From an uncultured Chloroflexia bacterium (lineage in GTDB: Bacteria; Chloroflexota; Limnocylindria; Limnocylindrales; CSP1-4), in the NCBI GenBank assembly GCA_963796715.1, contig CAWCMN010000005.1:10199-74198 (forward strand): 64,000 nucleotides of DNA, written 5' to 3'. The translations under genes and the position numbers were made by a program. Shown here piece after piece: positions 1-9,269 of the stretch. Under the pieces are notes generated by a model, which worked only from the letters and a program-made list of their open reading frames with translations, was not told where the DNA came from and ran no database searches. Position 1 is the stretch's first letter. Each line of letters begins with the position of its first letter.

Positions 1-100
1 CTCGACGGATGCGACCAAACGATTGGCTTGCCGTGCTCAGTCGGTAGCCCGTGGCGTCATTGCCGCGCTGCAGGAGCGCATCGGTCGTCATCGCCTTCAT
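1..100 (-). CDS. Partner gene of the DUF6036-like nucleotidyltransferase, N-terminal part (runs off window)
   Basis: ATG at 100 (MKAMTTDALLQRGNDATGYRLSTASQSFGRIRR...), duplicate of the ORF starting at 714, just downstream of the stop at 116. Confidence 0.55.
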   Translation of the reverse strand, partial: MKAMTTDALLQRGNDATGYRLSTASQSFGRIRR

Positions 101-115
101 TGTGGGACGTCGTCT

Positions 116-494
116 CTATTCGAACAATGACTCGACAGTGAGTTGCGTTTGGATTCGCAAGCGGCTCTCGGGGACATAGCGTTCGACGATCTGCATCGCC
201 TCATTGACATCCTGGAGTCCGAGCTCGTCACGAAGCCTGACCAGATCCTCGTGATCCCCCGGACGTGCGGCGTCTGCCTTCATGGCAAACACGTAGTCGG
301 CGCCGGGTACATACAGCCGGAGGCCCGGGTACTCGGCCCAGAGATGTTGCGGCGGCTGGGTATAGATGAACCCCTTGGCCGCGTCGTTGAGCCAGTCGGC
401 GGGCAGCGCGTGCCGTTTCGCGACGATGACGGCCGCCTCCCGCATCGGCTTTGGATCGCTTCCCACGATCGCGTCGACATCCTTGGTGGCCGTC
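116..494 (-). pseudogene. 5'-truncated DUF6036-like nucleotidyltransferase, copy 1
   Basis: TKDVDAIV...WLNDAAKGF...YVFAMKADAARPGDHEDL resembles DUF6036/AbiEii-like NTases. The N-terminus (GG motif) is missing because of the duplication junction at ~494. Confidence 0.65.
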
Positions 495-714
495 GGCGAT
501 CTGGGTCATCCTCTGAGGTTGCGATCGGCTCCATGACGATGCGCGCACGCTGGTCTGGCTCCGCACGATGCCAGTCATCCAGGAAGTCGCCGATCGCGAT
601 CCATGGGTCTTCGCCTCGACGGATGCGACCAAACGATTGGCTTGCCGTGCTCAGTCGGTAGCCTGTGGCGTCATTGCCGCGCTGCAGGAGCGCATCGGTC
701 GTCATCGCATTCAT
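495..714 (-). pseudogene. 3'-truncated partner (putative antitoxin-like) gene
   Basis: MNAMTTDALL...EDPWIAIGDFLDDWHRAEPDQRARIVMEP...EDDPDRRR, then runs out of frame into the duplicated NTase sequence. Confidence 0.55.
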
Positions 715-729
715 TGTGGGACGTCGTCT

Positions 730-1130
730 CTATTCGAACAATGACTCGACAGTGAGTTGCGTTCGGATTCGCAAGCGGCTCTCGGGGACATAGCGTTCGA
801 CGATCTGCATCGCCTCATTGACATCCTGGAGTCCGAGCTCGTCACGAAGCCTGACCAGATCTCGTGATCCCCCGGACGTGCGGCGTCTGCCTTCATGGCA
901 AACACATAGTCGGCGCCGGGTACATACAGCCGGAGGCCCGGGTACTCGGCCCAGAGATGTTGCGGCGGCTGGGTATAGATGAACCCCTTGGCCGCGTCGT
1001 TGAGCCAGTCGGCGGGCAGCGCGTGCCGTTTCGCGACGATGACGGCCGCCTCCCGCATCGGCTTTGGATCGCTTCCCACGATCGCGTCGACATCCTTGGT
1101 GGCCGTCCTACGAGGATGGATCTCCAGGGC
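730..1130 (-). pseudogene. DUF6036-like nucleotidyltransferase, copy 2 (5'-truncated and frameshifted)
   Basis: Same sequence as copy 1 with a 1-nt deletion near 861. Its 5' end abuts or overlaps the stop of the HD-GYP gene, so there is no proper N-terminus. Confidence 0.65.
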
Positions 1131-2544
1131 GCACGGCCTCGGCGGGTGTGGGCAGCGCCTGGGGGCGAGTGGCCACCGCTTCGGCACGCGCGGCCGCGGC
1201 CTGGCCGAGCAGGGGGATCGGCCGCGGCGCCACGGGCGGGCGGCCCGGGTCGGCCACGTTGCGCACCCAGTCGGTCCGGGCGAAGGCATCAAGCACGATC
1301 GGGTCGAACTGGATCCCCGCGTATCGCCGCAGCTCCAGGAGGGCCTGTTCGCGCGTCAGCGGCTGGAGGCGGTACGGGCGAGCGGCGGTCATGGCCTCGA
1401 ACGCGTCCGCGACATGCAGGATGCGCGCCAGCTTGGGGATGGCCTCTCCGACGAGGTGGTCGGGATAGCCCGAGCCGTTGTACCACTCGTGGTGGTGGCG
1501 GATGATCGGCAGCTCGGGCTTGAGGCGTTCGACTTCCATGATGATGTCGGCACCCAGGACCGGGTGCATGTTCATCTGGATGCGCTCTTCCTTGTTGAGG
1601 CGCTCAGGCTTCAGCAGGACCGCGTCCGACACCCCGATCTTGCCGATGTCGTGCAGCAGCCCGCCCCACTCCAGGGCCTCGATCTCCGCCTCGGAACACC
1701 CCATTTGCCGACCGATGGTGACCGCGATCTCCTGCACGTTCTTGCTGTGGTTGGACGTGTAGGGGTCCTTCTTGTCCACAGCCGACGCCAGAGCCCGGAT
1801 CGTCTGCGTGAACATGCTCCGGATCTCAACAACGTTCTTGAACGCTCCACGAGTCGAGGCTAGCGGCAGAGCGAAGAGAAGCGTCGCCCACCACCCGATC
1901 GTGGCGTAGACATAGGCGACGAGCCAAGCAAGGGGGCCAAGTGCCAACATGCTGGTGGCCACGAACCGGATGTCGCCGCTAAGCACCGAGCGCACCGTCA
2001 CTCCGTCCCGAGCGACGACCGCCGCAATTGTTAGGAACGTGTTCGAGGCTGTAGTAGGCCGCTCCCGCGACAACCACGGCGAACAAAGTCAGCAACGTTG
2101 CTGCGAAGGCGTCCGCCTGCAATGAACCGGTAGAGAAGCGCTGCGGCGATTGCGGGCAGGATGACCTCGCCGTGGTTGTAGACGGTTCCGTACCACGGGA
2201 TATCCGCCGCGGAGCTCCCGGGTTTCGGTTGTACCAATCGCCGCAACCAGACCACCGACAGCTGGCCCGCCCAACATCCCAGCCGCGAGAAGCGCGCTAC
2301 CTGAGACGCTGACCTGCGTACCCGCGTGGCAATTGATTGGAGACGCAGAGGAGCAGGGTCGCCACGATCCAGAAGGAGACGCCTTCGACTCCGAAATCCA
2401 GGGGCAATCGGGAATACAACAAGAGCAGCAGCCAGCGCAAACACGCTGGCTGCTGCTACGAATGCGATAAGTGCTCTGAGCGCGGCTCTCACGGTGGCGT
2501 GACGCTCCGTAGCATCGACGCCGTAGTCGTAAGGTGCCGATCAT
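1108..2544 (-). pseudogene. Membrane-anchored HD-GYP c-di-GMP phosphodiesterase, 5' half frameshifted
   Basis: Catalytic domain intact in ORF 1108-2073 (KDPYTSNHS, LLHDIGKIG, HHHEWYNGSGYP). Hydrophobic N-terminal segments are split over ORFs 2031-2492 and 2089-2544. GGAGGA RBS before ATG 2544. Confidence 0.8.
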
Positions 2545-2574
2545 CCGTTCCTCCGTAGGCCGAAAGTACCGGTG

Positions 2575-2658
2575 CTAGAGCAGGTGCACTCCGGCTCCGC
2601 CGGCCAACAGCACAGCTATGAGCGCCGCCAGCATCAAGGAAGCCCAATCGGGCGGCAC
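2575..2658 (-). CDS. Putative small hydrophobic peptide (VPPDWASLMLAALIAVLLAGGAGVHLL; alternative start ATG 2634)
   Basis: Hand translation: TAG at 2575-2577, GTG at 2658, ATG at 2634. Signal-peptide-like hydrophobic core, between the regulator and the HD-GYP gene. Confidence 0.35.
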   Translation of the reverse strand: MPPDWASLMLAALIAVLLAGGAGVHLL

Positions 2659-2890
2659 GCATCCTCATCTGACTACCAGGGCTTGAGAGTCATGGCCCGA
2701 CTCCTACTTGGGCCGCTGCTCTGAGAGAGAGCGGACGACCTGCGCTAGCCGTCGGTCGGGTTGCACTATCCGCTCAGCATCGCCCCAAGTGCCCAATTCA
2801 GGCGATGCGTCGACGCGCCCGTACGTTGTCCCGGTCTGGTACTTGAGTACTAGACCCGAGCAGGACTTTAGGAGTGGCCACGAAACCGGG

Positions 2891-5800
2891 TCAATACGCC
2901 GATCGGCGTATGGTTCCCCCTCGAACCGGCTCGATCTGCTCTAGTCGATCAGGCTCCACGCCCAGCTCCTCGCGGCTCACGGCTGCGTACCTTACGTATT
3001 GCTCGGCGGCAGCTGACCGCGAATCCGCCCCTAGGTAAAGGGCCACTAGTGATCTGTGAAGCTCCGGATTGCGAGGCTCCAAGGCAAGAGCTCTCTGAGT
3101 AAGGGCGAGCGCGGCGCTGACGTTGCTATGCCTGAGCAGCTGGGCCCTCGCCTTGTCGACGAGGTGCAGGAACACTGTGGCTAGTTGCTGACGCCAGTCC
3201 TGAGCCCACTCCTCGTACTCGAACTCCGGCGCGAACGAGCCGGAGTAATGGTCGATCGTCGCCAACAACCGTGCTGGCTCAGGGGCCGGGTCCTTTGACA
3301 AGGCCACGGCATCGGCGTGGAAGGTGACGCTATCAGCTACGACTAGGGCTTCATCCAGAGCCAGCGTTTCGCCTTCGTAGCGTACGTACTCGACTGAGGT
3401 GCCCACCTCATACCAGGGGTCGACATCCCGCCTCAGGAAGTAAAGGGTCTGGTTCAGGCTGTTGGCGGCTGCATCTGGGCTCAGATCAGGCCACAGGTCG
3501 TCGAGAACCCGCTCGCGTGTGGCCGTCTGGCGTGGGCTCGCCACCAGATAGAGCAGAAGGGATGCGGACTTTCGCCGCATCCGTCCGATGCCCACTGTGC
3601 GATCACCAATCGAAAGGTTGCCATTGCCCAGATCGTGGACCTGCAGGACTGGGCTAGTTCGCCTGACTAGATCCCTGCCCACGCCATTCCAGCCCGTCCC
3701 TTTGAGGTATTTGCGAGCGAACGCAGTGACCAGTGGAACATCCTCGCCCGAGCCGCAGCGATCGAGTACTAAGGCCGCCTGGCGCGAATTCGGGGTAAGC
3801 CCCGCTCCCAGTTGCTTCCGGAAGACCGGAAGCCACCGCTCGGGAAGCTCAGCGACGCTGTCGAGTAGCTCTGGCGGAAGTGTCGGAAGGACTTCCAGAT
3901 GGGCAGCCACCACCTCGGCAACTTCTGGAAGGCTTAGGCGTCCGGCCTCGCGCGCATCCTTGATCGCCTGAGCCAGGGCCTGCGGCTGTCGCGTTGCGGC
4001 CGCTAGGACAACCCTCAGCCTCGACGGCCACAGGCCGTTTCCTTCTTGGTAAGCGAGCTGCAAAGCTGACTGGGCCAGGTCGGTGGCCTCAGTGACCGAA
4101 CCACTAAGTAGTGAGGCCATGGCCGCGATGCTTGTGGCAGCCACCTGTGTGCCCGGGCCTTGAAGGGTAGCGTCGCGGCAGACGGCGAGCGCGCGAGTTG
4201 GATCCTCGCCGACTGCCCGGCGTGCATCCGCCAGGATGAAGGTCGACGTTGCAAGCGAGCTGACGCGGCCGCTCGTGATGTCGGAACGGATGCTTTCAAG
4301 CAGTGTGGTGGCGGTCGCTCCAGCGCCGAGCACGGTGGAGAGGTATGCGACCTCTAGCGCGGCGTCGGGCGGAATGACCCTCGCCTTCCGGACGGCCGCG
4401 AGATGTTCATCCATTGTCGCAAAGAGCCCCAGCTCCCCGGCGCATGCCGCCAAGGTGGCATGGGTGCCGAACGCCTCGCCAACGCCGAAGCCTTCCTCGC
4501 CGTAGAGGCCCAGCGCTCGCTCGCCGGCCGCGTATGCCTCGCGAAAGCGGCCGCGCGCCCGCTCCACCTCCATCAGGTTGTGCAGTGAGACTGCCGCGAA
4601 GAAGCCCAGGCCCTGCGCCTCGGAATCACCGGCCAGTCGTTGCAATTGTTCGGCCGTCTCGGCCAGCGGTTGCGCGAACCCGGGCAGCCCTACGGCAAGC
4701 AGAGCGCTTGCCACCGATTGGATGAGGACGGGAGACTCCGGATCGACGGCGATTTCGTTGTAGGCGCGGCGTGCACGCTCCAAATCTCCTAGCTGCCAGG
4801 CCAGCTTCATTTGAGAAAGCCTTACGAGACCACGACTCGCTGATGGGGTGGCGCCAAGGTCGATGCCGTCTAGGCGTCGCGCTGCCTCGTCGGGGTCTCG
4901 AGCCCTTAGGGCCCGGAGGGCGAGGATGACCTGGACGGCTGGCGCGTCCGGTTCGGTCGGGAAGCGGTCGAGGAGGTCGGCGGCGACGCCCCAGGCGCCA
5001 GTGCCGATGGCCACGAGCAGTGAATCACTCATGACGCGGACAGCCTCGGCGGGCTGGCTCGCCTCCAGGTAGTGGTAGCAGGCGGTGAGCCAGTCGTCCG
5101 CCTCGGCGGCGGCCGCGACCCGAAGGTGACGCTGGCGGATGACCTCCGCGGGCGTGTCATCGGCGAGTTGCCGCAGCAGGAACTCGCGCAGCAGCGGGTG
5201 GAAGCGGTAGCCGCGGCCGGACTCGCCGCGTCGGCCCATGAGCCCGAGATCGTCGGCGGCTTCGATCCACCCTCGCGCCGTCTGGATCGTGGGCGGTTCC
5301 GGGTCCTCCGCGAAGATCGCGGCGACCAGCGCGGGCACGATCCGGCGGAGGATCGCGGAGCCGATGACGAACCGACGAAGGTTCGGCGTCAACTCGCGGA
5401 GGACCTCCTGGGCCAGGAAGTCGTAGATGGGGCCCTGTGTGCCGCTCATGGCGCGCGTGAAGGCGCGGATCTCCAGGGCGGAACGCCCACGGATCGACGA
5501 CCGGAAGAGCTGCAGGCTGGCCGCCCATCCTTCCGTGCGCTGCTCGACCTGATCCAGCACGTCTGGCTCGAGTGGTTGCTGGTACGTCTCGCTGAACAGC
5601 ATGTCGGTCTCAGCGCGCGAGAAGCGCAGATCGTCCGTCGTCAACTCGGCGACCTGGCCCTGGGCCATCGGGCGGGCCAGGTCCAGGTCGGGTCGGCGGC
5701 GGCTGGCGATCAGCACGGATAGGCCGGATGGCGCCTCGCGCAGGAGGCGGGCCACGATCTCGCGGGCGTCCGGACTCAGATCGACGAGGTGGTAGTCGTC

Positions 5801-6418
5801 GAGGATGAGCAGGGCGGGCTGATCGACGTGCGCGACGTCCGCCAGCAGGGCATCGATGATGCGGTCGCGCGACTGGTCGGCCGTGGCCAGCTGGTCGAGC
5901 AGCCCCAGGGTGGCCTGGCCGAAACCCGGGTCCAGCTCCCGGTAGGCGGCGATGAGGTAGTTGGTGAACGAGATCCAGTCCGCGTCAGTGTGGTCGAGCT
6001 TGAACCACAGGACCGGCACTTCCGAACGGCGGCCGTAGTCCGCCAGGAGGGTCGTCTTGCCATAGCCGGCCTCCGCGATCACCAGCGTGAGGCGTTGCCG
6101 CGTGTGATGCCGTAGCCAGTCGATGAGGCGCGCGCGGGTGAGCGTCTCCTCGCGCAGCAGCGGCGGCGTGATCTTGGTGCGCGAGATGGAGCGAAAACCC
6201 GCGGGCCGCTCGCTCGAGGGCGAAAGATCCGGCTCCGCGGGCGCTGGAGACGGCATGACCTGCACCACCGATCGGTCAGGGCTCCAGGCGGACGGCTGGG
6301 CGGCCGGTTCGAGGCGCCTGGCTGGCGGCGCCAAGGCTACCGCGGGGCGTTCGGCGGTGTCGAGGGGTGCAGTCCGGTGGGCATCGGGCATGTCGGCAGT
6401 CTGCCGAACGGCGCTCAC
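2891..6418 (-). CDS. Large MalT-like STAND ATPase/TPR transcriptional regulator with C-terminal SARP/BTAD domain
   Basis: Walker A AEAGYGKTT, Walker B LLILDDYH, GW..YRFHPLLREFL winged-helix motifs; C-terminal RERVLDDLWPD...ANSLNQTLYFLRR and YSGSFAPEFEYEEW. Exact start uncertain. Confidence 0.88.
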   Translation of the reverse strand: MSAVRQTADMPDAHRTAPLDTAERPAVALAPPARRLEPAAQPSAWSPDRSVVQVMPSPAPAEPDLSPSSERPAGFRSISRTKITPPLLREETLTRARLIDWLRHHTRQRLTLVIAEAGYGKTTLLADYGRRSEVPVLWFKLDHTDADWISFTNYLIAAYRELDPGFGQATLGLLDQLATADQSRDRIIDALLADVAHVDQPALLILDDYHLVDLSPDAREIVARLLREAPSGLSVLIASRRRPDLDLARPMAQGQVAELTTDDLRFSRAETDMLFSETYQQPLEPDVLDQVEQRTEGWAASLQLFRSSIRGRSALEIRAFTRAMSGTQGPIYDFLAQEVLRELTPNLRRFVIGSAILRRIVPALVAAIFAEDPEPPTIQTARGWIEAADDLGLMGRRGESGRGYRFHPLLREFLLRQLADDTPAEVIRQRHLRVAAAAEADDWLTACYHYLEASQPAEAVRVMSDSLLVAIGTGAWGVAADLLDRFPTEPDAPAVQVILALRALRARDPDEAARRLDGIDLGATPSASRGLVRLSQMKLAWQLGDLERARRAYNEIAVDPESPVLIQSVASALLAVGLPGFAQPLAETAEQLQRLAGDSEAQGLGFFAAVSLHNLMEVERARGRFREAYAAGERALGLYGEEGFGVGEAFGTHATLAACAGELGLFATMDEHLAAVRKARVIPPDAALEVAYLSTVLGAGATATTLLESIRSDITSGRVSSLATSTFILADARRAVGEDPTRALAVCRDATLQGPGTQVAATSIAAMASLLSGSVTEATDLAQSALQLAYQEGNGLWPSRLRVVLAAATRQPQALAQAIKDAREAGRLSLPEVAEVVAAHLEVLPTLPPELLDSVAELPERWLPVFRKQLGAGLTPNSRQAALVLDRCGSGEDVPLVTAFARKYLKGTGWNGVGRDLVRRTSPVLQVHDLGNGNLSIGDRTVGIGRMRRKSASLLLYLVASPRQTATRERVLDDLWPDLSPDAAANSLNQTLYFLRRDVDPWYEVGTSVEYVRYEGETLALDEALVVADSVTFHADAVALSKDPAPEPARLLATIDHYSGSFAPEFEYEEWAQDWRQQLATVFLHLVDKARAQLLRHSNVSAALALTQRALALEPRNPELHRSLVALYLGADSRSAAAEQYVRYAAVSREELGVEPDRLEQIEPVRGGTIRRSAY

Positions 6419-6501
6419 CAGCCGCTTAGCTGCGCCTCATGCCCTCACCGGAGAAGCGGTGCACGGGGGCACCATCACGCGCTCGCCGGCGCGCGAACGG
6501 A

Positions 6502-6807
6502 TCAGGCGGGCGCCGACGCCGAGGTCGTGGCGAGGCGCACCACGTCGAAGCAGGAGCTGCAGTACACCGGCCGATCATTGCGCGGCGCGAACGGCACCAT
6601 GGCCTGCTGCCCGCACCGGGCACAGACGGCCGCGTGGTACTCGCGGGCCGCGCCGGCCGTGCGGTTCTGCTTGGCCACGGCGCGGCAGGACGTGCAGCGC
6701 TGCGGGTCGTTCTGAAGACCTTTGCTGGCAAAGAAGGCCTGCTCACCAGCGGAGAAGAGGAACGAATCCCCGCAATCCCGGCAGGTGAGTGTCCGATCCT
6801 GGTACAC
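6502..6807 (-). CDS. Zinc-ribbon domain protein (zf-trcl + CxxC-x17-CxxC type)
   Basis: YQDRTLTCRDCG..F.FSAGEQAFFASKG...RC..CR and CARCG...VPFAPRNDRPVYCSSCF; GTG start at 6807 after a GGGAG-rich RBS. Confidence 0.88.
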   Translation of the reverse strand: MYQDRTLTCRDCGDSFLFSAGEQAFFASKGLQNDPQRCTSCRAVAKQNRTAGAAREYHAAVCARCGQQAMVPFAPRNDRPVYCSSCFDVVRLATTSASAPA

Positions 6808-6979
6808 CCTCTCCCGACCTCCCTCGGCGGCGGCACAGCCGTCGCGGTCCGTCCCGGTTCCGGGTCGGCGGGTCGGGCGCTCGCCCTCCATCGGTCGCGT
6901 CCGTGGCCACTGTCGTCCCTTGGCCGGATTGAGGCGCGACTATAGGCACGCCGCGCGAGCGTGCGCAAGATGGAAAACG

Positions 6980-8338
6980 CTAGGCGTATTCCTCGGCGAA
7001 GCGCTCCGAGTCGGCGTAGCTGGTGAACCGCGTCTGGCCCTTCTTGAACCAGAGCTTGACCTCACCCGTGGGGCCGTTGCGGTGCTTTGCCAGGCGCAGG
7101 TTCACGACCTCGCCCTCGGCGTCGTTGTCCTCCGCCCCACGCTCCTTCTCCCGCCACAGGAACATGACCAGGTCGGCGTCCTGCTCGATGCTGCCCGACT
7201 CGCGCAGGTCCGACAGGCGCGGCTCCTTGGACTCGCGCATCTCCGCCTGCCGCGAGAGCTGTGAGAGGGCCACGACCGGCACCTCCAGCTCACGCGCGAG
7301 GGCCTTCAGGCCACGCGAGATCTCCGACACCTCCTGCACCCGGTTCGCGTCACGGGAGATGAAGTTGGACTGCATCAGCTGGAGGTAGTCGACGATGAGC
7401 ATGTCCAGCCCTGACTCGGCCTGCAGGCGCCGCGCCTTGGTGCGCAGCTCCATCGTCGAGATGTTGGGCGTGTCGTCGATGAAGACGGGCGCCTCCGCCA
7501 AGGCGTTCATGGCCGGCGCCAGGCGGGTGAAGTCCATCTCTTCCAGGAACCCGGTGCGCAGGCGCTGCGAGTTGATGTGGGCGACCGACGACAGCAGGCG
7601 GAGCACGAGCTGTTCCTTGCTCATCTCCAGGCTGAAGACGCCGACCGTCTTGCCTTCAGTGACCGAGGCGTACTCGGCGAGGTTGAGCGCCAGGCTCGTC
7701 TTGCCAACGGACGGCCGCGAGGCGACGATCACGAGGTCCGACTTCTGGAGGCCGGTGGTCAGCGCATCCAGGTCGCGGAACCCGGTGCGGACGCCGCTGA
7801 TCTCGCCCTTGTGCTCGTGGAGGTAGTCGAGACGGTCGTACGCGGAATGGAGCAGCGTGCGCAGGGGACTGAAACCGGTCTCCACCCGCTTCTGGCTGAC
7901 CGCGAACAGCTCCTGCTCCGCCCGGTCGATGGCCTCCCCGACATCCGGGCCGTCCTCGTAGCCGATGCCGGCGATGCGGCCGGCGGCCCCGATCAGGTTC
8001 CGCAGGACCGCCTTCCGCTCGACGATGCGGGCGTAATAGACGGCGTTGACGGCCGTTGGCGTGAGGTTGATGAGGCTGGTCAGGTAGGCGGCCCCGCCGA
8101 CCTGCTCGAGGGCGCCCTCGCGCTCCAGGACCTCTGACACCGTGACGATGTCGATCGGCTCGCGTCGTTCGTAGAGGTCCAGGATCGCGCCGTAGATCGT
8201 GCCGTGGTGGCCGCGATAGAAGTCGGCCGGGCGGAGGAGGTCGGCGACCTCGATGACCGCGTCGCGGTCGATGAGCAGGGCGCCAAGGACCGACTGCTCG
8301 GCGTCGATGGATTGCGGTGGCAGGCGATCGATGGACAC
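6980..8338 (-). CDS. dnaB: Replicative DNA helicase
   Basis: PPQSIDAEQSVLG, Walker A ASRPSVGKT, VDYLQLM, SDLRESGSIEQDAD, KHRNGPTG. Confidence 0.98.
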   Translation of the reverse strand: MSIDRLPPQSIDAEQSVLGALLIDRDAVIEVADLLRPADFYRGHHGTIYGAILDLYERREPIDIVTVSEVLEREGALEQVGGAAYLTSLINLTPTAVNAVYYARIVERKAVLRNLIGAAGRIAGIGYEDGPDVGEAIDRAEQELFAVSQKRVETGFSPLRTLLHSAYDRLDYLHEHKGEISGVRTGFRDLDALTTGLQKSDLVIVASRPSVGKTSLALNLAEYASVTEGKTVGVFSLEMSKEQLVLRLLSSVAHINSQRLRTGFLEEMDFTRLAPAMNALAEAPVFIDDTPNISTMELRTKARRLQAESGLDMLIVDYLQLMQSNFISRDANRVQEVSEISRGLKALARELEVPVVALSQLSRQAEMRESKEPRLSDLRESGSIEQDADLVMFLWREKERGAEDNDAEGEVVNLRLAKHRNGPTGEVKLWFKKGQTRFTSYADSERFAEEYA

Positions 8339-8463
8339 GACGGCTCCATGGATGAGGCAGGCGGTGGCCCGCGATGGTGCGTCGCGGCGGGACGATGATG
8401 GGCGCCGTCAGGCACCGCCATCGGCGGTTGTCGACCGCCTGTCTCCCCAAAGATGGGTTTCGG

Positions 8464-8513
8464 CGGTGGAGGGCGGTGGACGGGTTGTGGATGACTGGGC
8501 GGTGGGCGGTGGA
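8464..8513 (-). promoter_or_regulatory. DnaA-box-like cluster upstream of dnaB
   Basis: TCATCCACA at 8486-8494 (minus; 1 mismatch to TTATCCACA) flanked by four CCACCGC repeats. Confidence 0.35.
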
Positions 8514-8521
8514 CGACGCCG

Positions 8522-9173
8522 TCAGTCGAGCCGGCGGATGACCCCGATCAGCTTGCCCTGGATGCGCACGTCGTCGTAGATCATGGGCTCGTAGCGGCTG
8601 TTGGCGGGCTGCAGGCGGACGCGGCCGCCTTCCTTGAAGAAGCGCTTGAGGGTGACCGCGTTCTCCTCCACCTGGGCGACGACGATGTCGCCGTTGCGGG
8701 CGGTGTCCTGGGGCCGGATGACGACGTAGTCGCCGTCCTCGATGTGGGCGTCGATCATGGAGTCGCCGCGCACCTTGAGCAGGTAGGCGTCGCCGCTGGG
8801 GGCGAGGAACTCGGGCACGGCGAGGGTCTCGCTGGCGTCCTGGTACGCCTCGATGGGGCCGCCGGCGGCGATCTCGCCGAGCACCACCAGCAGGTGGCTG
8901 TCCATGGCCGCGACCTGCGGCAGGAGCTCGCTCGTCAGACCGGCATGCAGGGCGGCGGTGGGGGTGAGCCGCAGCGCGCGCGAGCGCGTCGCCCCGCGTT
9001 CGAGGTAGCCGTCCCGCTCCAGCGCCTCGAGGTGATGGTGGACCGCCGACGTGGAGGCCAGCCCGACCGCCTGGGCGATCTCGCGCACGGACGGGCGGAT
9101 AGCCGCGGGTGCGCAACGTGGCCGCGATGTATTCGATGATGCGTTGCTTGCGGGCGGCGTCGTGCTTGGTCAC
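8522..9173 (-). CDS. lexA: SOS repressor LexA, with apparent 1-nt frameshift near 9093-9095
   Basis: N-terminus MTKHDAARKQRIIEYI...RGYPP continues in another frame as VREIAQAVGLASTSAVHHHL. Ala-Gly cleavage site (GEIAAG), catalytic Ser (GDSM) and Lys (VTLKRF) intact. Confidence 0.93.
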
Positions 9174-9193
9174 AGCGCCTCCTTTCGCGGCCG

Positions 9194-9222
9194 ATGCTAC
9201 CGAACGTCTGTTCGATTGTCAA
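9194..9222 (-). promoter_or_regulatory. lexA promoter TTGACA-N17-TAGCAT with SOS box GAAC-GTCT-GTTC (9202-9213) in the spacer
   Basis: -35 at 9217-9222 and -10 at 9194-9199 on the minus strand; GAAC-N4-GTTC is the Gram-positive/Chloroflexi-type LexA box. Confidence 0.88.
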
Positions 9223-9269
9223 GCCGACCGCGAAGCCCCGCGGCGCACGAGGGCAGGCCGTGAGAGTCT

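Larger units (their letters stand above)
1..1107. repeat. Tandem duplication, unit 614 bp (1-494 matches 615-1107)
   Basis: Direct alignment: identical except substitutions at 50/664, 95/709, 150/764, 293/906 and a 1-nt deletion in the second copy (C248 missing, near 861). The repeat runs off the window start. Confidence 0.95.

Noticed and set aside
2036-2045. GAACGTGTTC as another SOS box
   Set aside because: The spacer is 2 nt rather than 4 and the site is inside a coding region.
7656-9173. 505-aa ORF as a lexA-dnaB fusion
   Set aside because: Only the first ~27 codons are real LexA; the rest is out-of-frame read-through caused by the frameshift.
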